42,443 nucleotides of DNA from a virus (taxonomy: Duplodnaviria > Caudoviricetes). Positions 18,277 through 28,448 of the stretch are shown piece after piece (position 1 is the stretch's first letter; each line of letters begins with the position of its first letter). The notes beneath the pieces are model-generated. The model saw nothing but the letters and a program-made list of their open reading frames with translations. It was not told the origin of the DNA and did no database searches. The DNA is taken from positions 1-42,443 of IMG/VR virus record IMGVR_UViG_3300017548_000080; one strand, written 5' to 3'. The translations under genes were made by a program, and so were the position numbers.

Positions 18277-19530
18277 TCAGGAAGCGGCCATCTTCAGCGC
18301 CTTGAGCGCCTGCGGGTCCAGCACGCCGCCACCCACGCGCTTCGTGGTGTAGAACATCACGTAGGGCTTGTTGGTGTAGGGATCGCGCAGCACGCGGACA
18401 CCCGTGCGGTCGACGATCAGGTAGCCGCGGCGGAAGTCACCGAAGGCGATCGGCACCGCGCTGGCCGCGATATTCGGCATCGCCGCCATTTCGGTAACGG
18501 GGTAGCTGAGAAGCTGCGACGGCTGGCCGAGCTGGAAGGACGGCTGCCAGATGTAATTGCCCTCGCCGTCCTTCAGCTTGCGCGCCGTCCCGAGAGCGTT
18601 GCGGTTCAGCACGAAACGCGCATTCTGCTGCATGACCTGCGGCAGCAGGTACACGAGGTCGATCAGCTCATCCGTGGTGATTGCCGTCGCGCTCGCAGCG
18701 GTCTTCAACTGGATTGCGCCGAAGGGATGAGCGGCGGCGTTGGCCGCACCGGTCACATAGGTGAGGAAGCCGAAGGGCTTGTTCGTGCCGTTGCCGGATA
18801 CGAACGCCAGACCCTCCTGATAGGCGAACTCGGTCTCGACCTCACCCGCCAGCCACGCCTCAAGATCGATCTCGGCATCATCCAGAAGCTGCTGAGTCGC
18901 CGCCGGATTGGCATAGAGCTCGCCCGGCGTGAAGGTCAGCGGGCCGAACTCGGGCGTCGTCGTCTCGGGACGCGCCGCCGTTTCGCCCACCCAGCCCGAG
19001 CCGGTGCCGCGCAGGTTGAACAGCTTCTTGAAACCGGCCGTGCTGATCGTCTGCACCTGAGCGATCGAACGCATGGGCGAGATCTCGACTAGCTTGTCGA
19101 CGATGGTGCGATCCCACTCGATCGGCGCAAGATAGCCGCCCTCGTCGTCCGCGCCCTTGTTGAGAGCGGCATTGACAGTGCCCTTGGCGAAATGCGCGCG
19201 GAACGATTCGGAATATTCCGGGTCGCGAAGCTCGCGGCCACCATTGCCCAGCTGCGCCGCAGCGAGCTTGGCATTGAGATCGTCGATTGCCTTCTGGAAA
19301 TCGCCGACGGCCGCGTCGATACGCGTGACCTTCTCGTCGAGCACGACATCGGCCTTGCCCTTCAGCTTCTCGTCATTCGCGGCCTTGAAGTCCTCGAATG
19401 CTTTCTGCAGCTCGGCGAGCAGCTTTTTCGGGTCGTTCGCATCGGCGCGGGGAGCCGTGGTTACGGCCCGCGGGCGCGCGGCAAGCGGGTTTGCGAGGGC
19501 GAAGGCCCCCGGTGCAATGTGCTTCATCAT
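18277..19530 (-). CDS. major capsid protein, HK97 family
   Basis: N-terminal coiled-coil delta domain, EGGYLAP, WVGET, AFVSGNG..KP.G, LKDGEGNYIWQP, FGDF, RVGGGV. Confidence 0.96.
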   Translation of the reverse strand: MMKHIAPGAFALANPLAARPRAVTTAPRADANDPKKLLAELQKAFEDFKAANDEKLKGKADVVLDEKVTRIDAAVGDFQKAIDDLNAKLAAAQLGNGGRELRDPEYSESFRAHFAKGTVNAALNKGADDEGGYLAPIEWDRTIVDKLVEISPMRSIAQVQTISTAGFKKLFNLRGTGSGWVGETAARPETTTPEFGPLTFTPGELYANPAATQQLLDDAEIDLEAWLAGEVETEFAYQEGLAFVSGNGTNKPFGFLTYVTGAANAAAHPFGAIQLKTAASATAITTDELIDLVYLLPQVMQQNARFVLNRNALGTARKLKDGEGNYIWQPSFQLGQPSQLLSYPVTEMAAMPNIAASAVPIAFGDFRRGYLIVDRTGVRVLRDPYTNKPYVMFYTTKRVGGGVLDPQALKALKMAAS

Positions 19531-19537
19531 GTTCTCC

Positions 19538-20416
19538 TTAGGAACGAAGCGTGGAAAGGAGCCCGGAAAGCCCGGACCAGTCGTCGCCAGCGCCCGGCGT
19601 GGCTTCAGCGGCAGCGCCTGGCGTGCCGCTGATCCTGCTGAGACGGGCGCGCGCCTCGGAGCGCGTCATGCCCGCCTGCACGAGCGACAGTTCCGCCGCC
19701 CGCAATTCGTTGATGGTGCGATCGCGCGCCTTCGCGTCCTCATCGACCGTGATCGTGTCGGCCGGCAGAAGCGCATCGGCAAAGCCGCGATCCATGGCCT
19801 GCTTGCCCGACATGTATGTCTCGGCGTCCATCCACTTCGCGACCTGATCGGCCTTCTGTCCGGAACGCGCGGCGTAAACATCGACCATGGCGGCATCGAA
19901 CGGCTCAAGCCATTCGGAGGTCTCGCGCATGTCGTGCCGGTTGCCGATCGCCAGCACCCAGCAATTGTGGATCATGATGAAGGAGGCCGCGCCGATCTCG
20001 ATGCGGTCACCTGCCATGGCGATGATCGACGCCGCAGAGGCCGCCATGCCCATGACCTTCACCGTGATCTCCTGCGGATGCTCGCGCAGCACGTTGTAGA
20101 TCGCGATGCCCTCGAACATGTCGCCGCCGGGCGAGTTGATCTGCACCTCGACGGGGCGGTCGCCGATGGCGCGCAGCTGGGCGGCGACCTTCTTCGCCGT
20201 TACCCCGCCGCCGCTCCACCAGTCCTCGCCGATCACGTCGAACATGCTGATGACGTTGTCGCCGGCTTCCAGGGCCCGGATGCCGGCGGACTCGTCGCTC
20301 CACTTGTCGAAGACGGCCGACTTGGTGAAGGCCTCGACCTTTCGGCTTGCCGGCATCGGGAGCGCGCCGGGTCGCGCCTTCGCGAGCACGCGAGGGCGGC
20401 AGGGGTGCTGTCGCAT
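19538..20416 (-). CDS. ClpP-like (S14) prohead maturation protease
   Basis: INSPGGDMFEGIAIYN, GMAASAASII, MIHN, ETYM...A...GFAD; start MRQHP at 20416 with GAGGA RBS. Confidence 0.92.
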   Translation of the reverse strand: MRQHPCRPRVLAKARPGALPMPASRKVEAFTKSAVFDKWSDESAGIRALEAGDNVISMFDVIGEDWWSGGGVTAKKVAAQLRAIGDRPVEVQINSPGGDMFEGIAIYNVLREHPQEITVKVMGMAASAASIIAMAGDRIEIGAASFIMIHNCWVLAIGNRHDMRETSEWLEPFDAAMVDVYAARSGQKADQVAKWMDAETYMSGKQAMDRGFADALLPADTITVDEDAKARDRTINELRAAELSLVQAGMTRSEARARLSRISGTPGAAAEATPGAGDDWSGLSGLLSTLRS

Positions 20417-20426
20417 GGGATTTTCC

Positions 20427-21689
20427 TCAGTCTTCGAGCGGAGGGCCGCCATTGTGGCCGGTCATGGTGTTGGGCGGGGCGTCCCGCTTCGGCAGGTCCA
20501 TCGTGTCGCGGGCTTCATCCGCCCACATCCATGGCTGATGACCGCCGGACCCGAGTGCCTTTGCGAGATAATCCGCCTGGTCCTTCAGCGAGCCGCGCAG
20601 CAGCGCGCCGGCGTTGAACTTGGCGGCATAGACACCCTGCTCGTCATCGGCGAGAAGCGTACGTTCCACCGCCTGCTGCCAAGCCTCGAACCACGGATTG
20701 AGTGCATAGGCGACGAAGAACTGGCCCAGCGCCTCGATGCCGGAACCCCAGCTCGTCTCATCGACCATCAGCAGCGGGCGCGGCACGCCGGTGACGCGGG
20801 CGATCTCCTCGACCTGAAGCTTGCGCAGTTCGGTGAGCTGCGAATCCCGCGCCGACTTCGTTCCGGCGTCCCACTTCATCCCCTCTTCGAGGATGAGGGA
20901 CTTGCCGGCGTTCTCCGCGCCCTCCTTCTCGGCCAGGCTGTCCCTGAGACGATTATACGCCTCGACCGAGAGCTTCCCCGGATGGGTGAGTGCCTGACCG
21001 GCGAGGACGCCGTTCTTGAACAGGCGGCCGGCGGCCATCTCGGCGGCGAGCGCGATCGCGATCGCATCGCGCGCCTGCTTCACCAGCGACAGGCCGTGCA
21101 GCCCATCCAGCGACAGCCCGCGCAGATGAAAGACCTCCGAGGGCTTCAGCTTGCGCGGCGTGCCGCTTTTCGGCCGGTATTCATAGTGGACGCTCCAGTC
21201 AGCATCCTGCTTGACCTCGACGCAGGACGGATCGAGCGGCACGATCTGCGCTACACCGTCACGCTGGCGTCGAATATCGCGGCTGCGCACGACCAGAGCA
21301 TAAGCATTGCCGTGCACCAGCGCGCGCAACTGCATGAGGGACCGGAAATCGAAGGCCGATTGCCAGCCGTTGGGCTTGCGATGCAGCAGCCGGTAGAGCG
21401 GGTGATCCTTGGCCTTTTCCTTCGTGTCCTCGTTGATCAGATGAAGCGGCAGCATGCCGATCGAGTTGGAGATCAGGCTGACCGCGCGGAACATCGCCGG
21501 ATTGCGGAGCGCCTGCGAGACGCCGATGCTTTGCCCTGTCACCGCATCGACGCCGCCGCGCATGAAATCGAGCAGTAGCGGGTCCGTCAGCGACAGCGCC
21601 ATGACAGCCTCGCCGCCATAGCCGCGCGGCGTGGCGGCATCGCGCGCCGGCGCAGAGGCGCGCGACCGGAAGAGGTCAAAGATTCCCAT
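20427..21689 (-). CDS. portal protein, HK97 family
   Basis: HPLYRLL..KPN.WQ, GNAYAL, EVFHLR, G.S, ILEEGMKW, IAR.TGVP motifs. Confidence 0.95.
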   Translation of the reverse strand: MGIFDLFRSRASAPARDAATPRGYGGEAVMALSLTDPLLLDFMRGGVDAVTGQSIGVSQALRNPAMFRAVSLISNSIGMLPLHLINEDTKEKAKDHPLYRLLHRKPNGWQSAFDFRSLMQLRALVHGNAYALVVRSRDIRRQRDGVAQIVPLDPSCVEVKQDADWSVHYEYRPKSGTPRKLKPSEVFHLRGLSLDGLHGLSLVKQARDAIAIALAAEMAAGRLFKNGVLAGQALTHPGKLSVEAYNRLRDSLAEKEGAENAGKSLILEEGMKWDAGTKSARDSQLTELRKLQVEEIARVTGVPRPLLMVDETSWGSGIEALGQFFVAYALNPWFEAWQQAVERTLLADDEQGVYAAKFNAGALLRGSLKDQADYLAKALGSGGHQPWMWADEARDTMDLPKRDAPPNTMTGHNGGPPLED

Positions 21690-21695
21690 CCGCCC

Positions 21696-23399
21696 TCACA
21701 CCATCAGGATGCCGCGCGACTCGTACACCGAGACTCCGGACGCGACGGGATTCAGGAACATCAGCATGGCGGCATTGAATGTCGCCATGAGCGGATCGAT
21801 CTTCGACGCGCCCGCCGCCTGCTTGGTCACCAGGTAATTGCTGCCCCGCAACTCGGTCTTCGCATTGCCCACCGCCCATGCCATGAGCGGCTGGCCGCAA
21901 TGCTGCATCGTCCGGTCCTTCAATTTGCGCGGCAGCGTGGTGACGGCGGACTGGAGTTTCCATCCCTGCCCCACGGCAAGCGTCAGGTCGCCGGCCATGC
22001 CGCGATCGGCGAGCGCGTCGAGCAGGCTGGCGACGCCATAGGCGTCGAGGCCGATGCCGGCCTTCTCGGGCAGCTTGCCCGCCAGCAGCAGCCGTTCGCA
22101 GATATCGGTGATCTCGATGATGTCCTGATCGGTTTCGGTGCAGACGACCAGATCGCCGTCGCGCTCGAAATCATGCAGCTTCGACGCGATCTCCTTGCGC
22201 CGCTCGAACACGTCGGGATGCGCCCACGCCCGTGCCCAATGCAGCCAGGTCCGCGTCTCGGCATGCCGCCCGATGACGGATATCGCCATCAGATCGTCGA
22301 GCCCTCCCCCATCGATGCCGACGACGCAGACATCGCAAACCGCGATCAGCTCATTAAGCGTCAGGCCCGGCCGCGCCGCCCCCTGCCAATAGTTCGTTCC
22401 GGCCCAGCGATCCTTGTTGATCGCGATGCCGATCTCGACGTTGAGATGCTGTGATGCCCAGATCGACAGTTTCTCGATCCCGGCCTCACGCGCCTCGCGG
22501 TATTTCGGCAGCAGCCGGTCGATCGTGATCGACTTGCCGAGATTTGGCAGCACGAGCGGCCAGTTCGCGGGATCCGCCCAGGGCTGCGCCTCGTCCGCCT
22601 GCAACTCGCGCGGGAACTCGTACAGCATCGGCAGCGTCTCGCTGTCGACGAACTCGCCGTCGCGGATCGCCCGCGCCAGTTTCAGCTCATCCTCGAACAC
22701 GCCGCAGGGCGGCTCGTCGGACTGCGTCGTGATGATGATGACGAAACCCTCGGCATTGGCGATGATGCCGCCCTCGATCTGGGTCATCACCTTGGCGGCA
22801 TAGCCGATCTTGCCCAGTTCGTGGAGCTCGTCGACCAGCACGCCGACCGGCTTTGCGCCCGTCATCACCTTGTTGTCGAAGGATCGGATGCGCAGCTTCG
22901 CGCCGTTTGTGCGGTCCTCGATCGTCTTCAGATGCTCACGCAGATGGAATCGCTTCGACAGCCAGGTGTCGGCCTTCACCATCCCTTCGGCCTGCTCATA
23001 GGCCCGCTCGGCCGTAGCCTGCGTCGGGCCGACCAGCAGGAACTCGGCGTTCGGACGGCGATTGCGCAGCATCGCCGTCATCATGATCGCGGCGCCGTTC
23101 GTCGTCTTCGAGTTCTTCTTGGGCACGAGCTGGAAGAACTTCCGCGCCTTGCGGTTGACGATGACGGAGCGGTCTTCGCTCATTTCGACCAGGCCGAAGA
23201 TGGCGGCCACGAAATCGCGCGCCCATTCGCCGGCCACGTCGCGCAGCAGCGGCTTACCCGGCACGTCCGGCAGGCGAAGCTTGTTGAACACGTCCACCGC
23301 CAGCCGCGCCTCCTCCACGTCCAGCGGCAGGCTGTCGGGCAGCGGCGGCCGGCCAGCCTTCAGCTTCTCGAACCAATCCGGGCAGGAGAAGTCCGGCAT
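21696..23399 (-). CDS. terL: terminase large subunit
   Basis: Start MPDFSCPDW at 23399 (overlaps terS stop); Walker A-like VPKKNSKTT, Walker B VLVDELH, nuclease GIDGGGLDD, KIDPLMA. Confidence 0.93.
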   Translation of the reverse strand: MPDFSCPDWFEKLKAGRPPLPDSLPLDVEEARLAVDVFNKLRLPDVPGKPLLRDVAGEWARDFVAAIFGLVEMSEDRSVIVNRKARKFFQLVPKKNSKTTNGAAIMMTAMLRNRRPNAEFLLVGPTQATAERAYEQAEGMVKADTWLSKRFHLREHLKTIEDRTNGAKLRIRSFDNKVMTGAKPVGVLVDELHELGKIGYAAKVMTQIEGGIIANAEGFVIIITTQSDEPPCGVFEDELKLARAIRDGEFVDSETLPMLYEFPRELQADEAQPWADPANWPLVLPNLGKSITIDRLLPKYREAREAGIEKLSIWASQHLNVEIGIAINKDRWAGTNYWQGAARPGLTLNELIAVCDVCVVGIDGGGLDDLMAISVIGRHAETRTWLHWARAWAHPDVFERRKEIASKLHDFERDGDLVVCTETDQDIIEITDICERLLLAGKLPEKAGIGLDAYGVASLLDALADRGMAGDLTLAVGQGWKLQSAVTTLPRKLKDRTMQHCGQPLMAWAVGNAKTELRGSNYLVTKQAAGASKIDPLMATFNAAMLMFLNPVASGVSVYESRGILMV

Positions 23400-23854
23400 C
23401 AGTGCGCCACCCTCGGCGTCACGCTCTCCCACTCGTCGGGCGGGTTCGCCGCCTCGCGGCGCAGCTGCTCCTTCTTCCCAAGGTTCTCGCTGGCCCGCTC
23501 CGACCGGTCGTCGAACTCGATCGAAGCCGCCATGTCGAAGCGCCGAAGATACTCCTTCATGGCCGCCGTGTTCCCGGCGCGCCCCTGATCCCACAGGGTG
23601 AGCAGGCCGATCGCCTCCACCCTGTCACGAGCGACATCGCGGAACTTTAGCTCGCGAAAATAATGCTTCCGCAAGGTCGGCATCGTGATGCCGATCGCCC
23701 CGGCGATGCGCGCCGGCGTCCAGCCCTGCGCCTGCAACAGCATGATTTTGTTGCGGTTCTGCACGGTCGCGATATGCGGTGGCCTGCCGCGCCGCCCGAA
23801 ATTCTCCGGGATCGGATCGCCCAGCAGGTCGAACGCTGGCTCAAAATCTGACAT
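23399..23854 (-). CDS. terS: terminase small subunit
   Basis: GRPPH, HTH (IAGAIGITMPTLRKHYFREL), GKKEQ; immediately upstream of terL. Confidence 0.8.
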   Translation of the reverse strand: MSDFEPAFDLLGDPIPENFGRRGRPPHIATVQNRNKIMLLQAQGWTPARIAGAIGITMPTLRKHYFRELKFRDVARDRVEAIGLLTLWDQGRAGNTAAMKEYLRRFDMAASIEFDDRSERASENLGKKEQLRREAANPPDEWESVTPRVAH

Positions 23855-23950
23855 CGGCGAAAAAAACCTGCGAATGAGGGGGGCGCGGGTCTGGAGTTGG
23901 GAGGGGCACGGACTTTCGACCCCCCCCGTTTGGGAGCGCGGCGTCAGGGG
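23855..23950 (-). promoter_or_regulatory. putative cos packaging region
   Basis: Non-coding gap between HNH and terS with GGGGGGGTCGAAAGTC...GACCCGCGCCCCCCTCATTCGCAGGTTTTTTT, the layout usual for HK97-like cos regions; exact cut site not determinable. Confidence 0.55.
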
Positions 23951-24313
23951 TCAGGCGCCTCGGCGCTCCTCGCCCTGCTTGGTGCTGTCATGATAGGCCT
24001 TGCTGACGGCCATCAGGTTCGATGGGTTCCAGAACAGGCGTTCGTCACCGCGATGCGGCGTGATGTGGTCGACTACCGGGCTGTCTGGTGCAGGGTGTCT
24101 GCCGATCAGCAGCACGCCCGTCTTCTGGCAGGTGTAGAGGTCGCGCTGCAGTATCTCAGCGCGCAGCTTCTGCCAGCGTGCCGTCTTGTACCAGGCGCGC
24201 CAGCCGATGGTCGCATCGCGCTGACGTGACCGGGCCTGCTCATCACCCGTTGCATAGCCGATGCGCGGCGCCAGCGCGCCGATGCGCGGCTTGAGGCTTG
24301 TGAGCCGTGCCAT
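23951..24313 (-). CDS. HNH endonuclease (HK97 gp74-like terminase cofactor)
   Basis: WYKTARWQKLR..L.RD.Y.C, VVDHITPHRGD..LFW..NL...H..K. Confidence 0.88.
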   Translation of the reverse strand: MARLTSLKPRIGALAPRIGYATGDEQARSRQRDATIGWRAWYKTARWQKLRAEILQRDLYTCQKTGVLLIGRHPAPDSPVVDHITPHRGDERLFWNPSNLMAVSKAYHDSTKQGEERRGA

Positions 24314-24445
24314 CCTGACCTGCGATGAGTGTAAGACATAGCTTGCGCATAGGCCCTGAGTCGGTCGCCTGCATCGGCGGTGTCAGGGCAGGACGAGGCG
24401 TCGTTCTCGGATGGCGACCTTGCTTCTCGACCTTGGGCGGAATCG

Positions 24446-25081
24446 CTATGACAGCTTTTCGAGATCGTCAATCCCGCACCGCGTCGACATCTCACGGCCA
24501 AACAACACGGTCGATATCAGCGCCTCGCGCTTCACCGCATCGATCTCGACCACCGTACCCTTGAGTTCCGCCATGATCCCGAGCGGGTGTAGCACCGAGT
24601 CACCTACCATCAAGCCTGTGGCTTCCTCGACCGGGCAGGAATGCGAAACGTCCAGCAAAGACATGATGTTGACCACTTCGGCAGCGGTGAGCGGCACAGG
24701 CTTCTCACCCCTTCCCTCGCCCAGACCAAGCAGCCCCTCGATCCCCTCGAAAGTGAGCGTACCGACCCATGCACTTTCCGCCCGGAGGAGGTGCACAAAG
24801 ACATGGTTACCGAGGACAGGGATTTCCACAGAATAGCGTCGGAGCGAGCGCGGATGCCGCTTCCAGCGACGCTCCATCGGACAAACAGCCTCGATTCCCA
24901 CCGCCCTCAGTTCGGCAGCAACCGAATCAGCGGCCCAACGCGTGCGGGCCACGTACCAGGCCATCTCGCCGTCCCGGCTTGCCGCCTCTCGGCGCAGCCA
25001 TGCGATAAGCTCCGCCTTCTGCCGGCCGCGCTCCAGCGCCCGCAGTTCACGTTCGCTGATCTCCGGCCTCGCCATGATCAT
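24446..25081 (-). CDS. NusG-family transcription antiterminator (late-gene activator candidate)
   Basis: NGN-like WYVART...P.LGNHVFV and KOW-like VGDSVLHPLG.MAELKGTV...LFGRE; sits where lambda Q sits, upstream of the packaging genes. Confidence 0.8.
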   Translation of the reverse strand: MIMARPEISERELRALERGRQKAELIAWLRREAASRDGEMAWYVARTRWAADSVAAELRAVGIEAVCPMERRWKRHPRSLRRYSVEIPVLGNHVFVHLLRAESAWVGTLTFEGIEGLLGLGEGRGEKPVPLTAAEVVNIMSLLDVSHSCPVEEATGLMVGDSVLHPLGIMAELKGTVVEIDAVKREALISTVLFGREMSTRCGIDDLEKLS

Positions 25082-26286
25082 TCCGCCGCCTCTCGCGCGC
25101 TACCGCTGCGCACCGCATTCTCGAAAGCTTCCAGTCCGTCCGTTCCGCCCACCGGGAAGAACACGCCGGGATGCGAGCCGAAGTCCGGTATCCACGGCCA
25201 GCCGCGCCGCTCGTACTCCGCTCGCCATGCCGCCAGCACCGGCGAGCCCGCCGGAACGAACTCCATCAGCCCGGCAAGCCATGCATCCTCCTGCGCGACC
25301 GTGATCGATTTCCGGTTCGCCGCCGCCTCATGCCAGCGCTTCACGCGCGGCCAGCCATGTTCAGCCTGCCGGCGGAGACGTTCCGCCCTGCCGAGATCGT
25401 CATCACGCTGGAGCAAGTCGCGCAGGAAGGCGGAAGCTGCCGGCGGCGCCGGTTGCGGCGCGACCGTCAGCAGCTCGCGGTGGCAAACACCCGCCCAATG
25501 CGGTCCCCATGGCCTGCCCTCGACCGGCTTCGCCCCATCCTCGACCGGATCGGGCACATCGTCGAACAGCCGCTTGCCAAAATAGGTCGAGGGCTGATGG
25601 ACATGATCCTTGCCCTGTGCCTTCAGCAGCGCCAGCCATGCGGGGAACCGACGCTCTGCGATCTCGCGATCTTCCGCCGACAAGGCGGCGAAGGCTTTGA
25701 GGCCGGTATCCTTCGGCATGCCGCTAAGGCGCGGCCAGACCTTGATCATCCGCCAGTAGGCTGCCTCGATCTTCTTCCGATCCTCATGATCGTCCCCTCT
25801 CTCGCGCGCCTCCGCGCGCTCGTCTTGGGAGGGTAAGGGCGGTTCTAAGGGCGGTTCTTCCTTATAGGCCCGGAACTGACTGCCGGTAGGATGCGCCTCA
25901 TTGCCGGTAGGCTCGGGGTCTGGTTGCCGGTTGGCCCTACCGGCAGATTCTGCCGGTAGGATGTCGCCGTCCTTCAGGGCGCGGCACCGTTCGGAGCCGT
26001 CCGTCACGCTGCGGTCGAGCCGCAGCACGATCCAGTCCGCGGCGCGCGCGCCATTGGCCTTTTGCTGGTGCCGGCGCTCCAGCAGCCCCCAATCCTCCAG
26101 CCGTTGCAGCCATTCGCGCGCCGTGCGCTCGGAGACCTCTGCAGACGCCGATAGATCGGCCTGGCTCGCCCATCCCTTGATCAGGCCGTCAGGGTCCGCA
26201 TAGTCCGCAAGACACATGAGGATCGACTTCGCCGAAGGCGAGCCGAGTCGCTGATCCTTCGCCCACGCCGATGCCTTCCAGCTCAT
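25078..26286 (-). CDS. phage replication initiator with N-terminal winged HTH
   Basis: MSWKASAWA...SAKSILMCLADYAD...WASQADLS..EVSERT...LQRLEDWGLL, followed by a low-complexity linker. Confidence 0.75.
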   Translation of the reverse strand: MSWKASAWAKDQRLGSPSAKSILMCLADYADPDGLIKGWASQADLSASAEVSERTAREWLQRLEDWGLLERRHQQKANGARAADWIVLRLDRSVTDGSERCRALKDGDILPAESAGRANRQPDPEPTGNEAHPTGSQFRAYKEEPPLEPPLPSQDERAEARERGDDHEDRKKIEAAYWRMIKVWPRLSGMPKDTGLKAFAALSAEDREIAERRFPAWLALLKAQGKDHVHQPSTYFGKRLFDDVPDPVEDGAKPVEGRPWGPHWAGVCHRELLTVAPQPAPPAASAFLRDLLQRDDDLGRAERLRRQAEHGWPRVKRWHEAAANRKSITVAQEDAWLAGLMEFVPAGSPVLAAWRAEYERRGWPWIPDFGSHPGVFFPVGGTDGLEAFENAVRSGSAREAAE

Positions 26287-28448
26287 TCCGCCGCCTCCAG
26301 ATAAGGTTCAGCGTCGAGGCCCCATTCCAGCGGCGGGCGGTAGTTGGCGACGATGACGGCGGCGGCCGGCTTCTCGCAGACCGAATTGCCGATCTTGTGG
26401 CGCTGTTCGGTCTCCGACAGGGGTTTGCCCCGGAAGATCGGATCTAGGATGTGATTGTCCGGAAAGCCCTGCGCGCGGGCGAGCTCGCGCGGCGTCAGCA
26501 TCCGCATGCCGATGTCGACGATCACGAACACGATGCCGCGGATCGACAGCGTCACGATCTCGCCGCCGTCCCAGCAGCCGTGCCGGCGCAGGAACTCGGC
26601 GACCTGCCGCGCCCGCGCCAATTGCGCCTCCGTCAGCGGCGGCGCGACGGCATCGACTTCGGTCAGCCCGAAGCGCGCCTTCGTCGGCACGGTGAGCGAC
26701 GGATCATCGACGCGGGCATGTTGCCCGCCGGTCGAATAGTAGGCGGTCATCAAGGGCAGCGTGACGACGGCCGAGTGCTGGCCGCCTGCGCACACGGCGG
26801 GATGCGCATCCTTGCAAGAACCGTCGCGCCGATCGCTGCCCTTGAGCGACAGCATTGAGGCGGCGACGATCTGCTGCTGGGACGCCTCATTCGTGATCGT
26901 CGATAGCGGCTTTACGGCCGGCCGCCCCGGATTGACGCCTGTCACCCTGCGGCTGTCGTTGTTGTGCTGCGCGAGATAGACCGCCGCCAGATTGCCCTGA
27001 TTGCCGTCGGGCACCGGTGTGGGCGCAGGTCGGTCTATGCCGACGCTGCGCGGCTCCTGCCCGTCGCGCTCGCCGTAGCGCGGCACGAGATAGGGAACGA
27101 CGATCTGGTTCTGGTCGCCGTCCGACGCCGCGATGGTGTGCACCGGAGTGCCGGCGGGCCTGTTGCCGCCACCATGCTGACCGCGGCTGACAAACGGGGA
27201 TATAGCCGCCTCGACGGCGAACTGGTTCGCCCCACCGGCCATGATCGTGCGTGCGGGCGCGTCCGCGCCCGACGTTGGCGTGCCGGAATTGCGCATCGTC
27301 ATCATATGCGGCACGACGAGCCCGTGTGCATCGCGTGCCCGCGCTACGGTCGCAAACGGCTCGCCAAGCCCCTGCCCGCGGAACCCGTCACCGGCATGAT
27401 TGCAGGTCACGACGAACGCATCGTCACCCGCATCGATGACATGCCGCTTCACGCCGTAGGCCAGCCGGGCATCGGTCTTCACGGCGAGCGGCCGGATGAC
27501 GCGCTTTCCGGTGCAGCGGGTATATTCGCGCCCCTCCTCCTTCGTCATGAAGATCGAGGGGCAGTCGAGCGACCAGTCGAGGATGTCGGCCGCAACGGGC
27601 CACGGCTGCAACCGGCCCGACTGCACGGCCTCGGACTTCGGTTCGCCGTGCGTCGGCTCGGGCCACTCGACGGGCAGGCCGTCGCGGCGCGCCACCAGCT
27701 TCAGGCGCTTGCGGATGGTGGGGTCGCCATATTCGCAGGCGACGATCTCCTTCCACCCGATCGAGTAGCCGAAACGGGAAAGCGCGTGGACGAACTGATG
27801 GAAGGTCCATCCCAGCCGCTGCGGATCGCGCATGAAGCCCTTGCCGTCGGGTCGCTCTATCAGCGGCGACCACTTCGCGAAGGCGCTGACGTTTTCGAGG
27901 CAGATCACCCATGGCCGCTGCCAGTCGGGCAGTTCCTTCAGCCACTTCACCGCGACCCATGCCAGGTCGCGTACGGCGCGCGACGTGATAGGCCCGCCCT
28001 TCGCGGAAGAATGGTCGCGGCAGTCCGGCGAAAGCCACAGAAGGCCGAACAGGTCGTCGCCCAGCGTTTCCCGCATCGACACCTGCCAGACATTGGCCGG
28101 CAGGTGGGTGGTGTCGGGATGGTTCGCGGCATGCATGCAAAGCGCCGCATCGTCGTGATTGACGGCAAAGTCGACATCGAGCGGATGCCCCGTCGGAAGC
28201 AGTTCCATGGCATGAAGCTGCTGGAGCGCGAGCCGGATGCCGTTCGAAGCTCCACCGCCGCCGGCGAAACTGTCGACGACACGCACGCGGCGCCTGCCCC
28301 TCCGCGCCGGCGGGATGACCGGGAGAGGAACCCGCGCGGGACGATATGAGCCGGGACAGGGCAGGCAGCGCCAGCGTTGCTTCTGCGGCACGACCTCGGT
28401 CGAGAACAGATCGGCACGGATGTTCAAACCACCTCCCTCCCCTTCCAT
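26283..28448 (-). CDS. C5 DNA cytosine methyltransferase (orphan, large variable region; start uncertain)
   Basis: Motif I DSFAGGGGAS, IV SPDC, VI ENV, VIII T.RKR, IX RMLTPRELARAQGFP, X KIGNSV. Confidence 0.92.
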   Translation of the reverse strand: MEGEGGGLNIRADLFSTEVVPQKQRWRCLPCPGSYRPARVPLPVIPPARRGRRRVRVVDSFAGGGGASNGIRLALQQLHAMELLPTGHPLDVDFAVNHDDAALCMHAANHPDTTHLPANVWQVSMRETLGDDLFGLLWLSPDCRDHSSAKGGPITSRAVRDLAWVAVKWLKELPDWQRPWVICLENVSAFAKWSPLIERPDGKGFMRDPQRLGWTFHQFVHALSRFGYSIGWKEIVACEYGDPTIRKRLKLVARRDGLPVEWPEPTHGEPKSEAVQSGRLQPWPVAADILDWSLDCPSIFMTKEEGREYTRCTGKRVIRPLAVKTDARLAYGVKRHVIDAGDDAFVVTCNHAGDGFRGQGLGEPFATVARARDAHGLVVPHMMTMRNSGTPTSGADAPARTIMAGGANQFAVEAAISPFVSRGQHGGGNRPAGTPVHTIAASDGDQNQIVVPYLVPRYGERDGQEPRSVGIDRPAPTPVPDGNQGNLAAVYLAQHNNDSRRVTGVNPGRPAVKPLSTITNEASQQQIVAASMLSLKGSDRRDGSCKDAHPAVCAGGQHSAVVTLPLMTAYYSTGGQHARVDDPSLTVPTKARFGLTEVDAVAPPLTEAQLARARQVAEFLRRHGCWDGGEIVTLSIRGIVFVIVDIGMRMLTPRELARAQGFPDNHILDPIFRGKPLSETEQRHKIGNSVCEKPAAAVIVANYRPPLEWGLDAEPYLEAAE

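Noticed and set aside
4129-28349. Long + strand ORFs (e.g. 4129-5703, 5538-7355, 9658-11502, 20106-21578, 26964-28349)
   Set aside because: Antisense shadows of recognisable phage genes, expected in high-GC DNA; no motifs.
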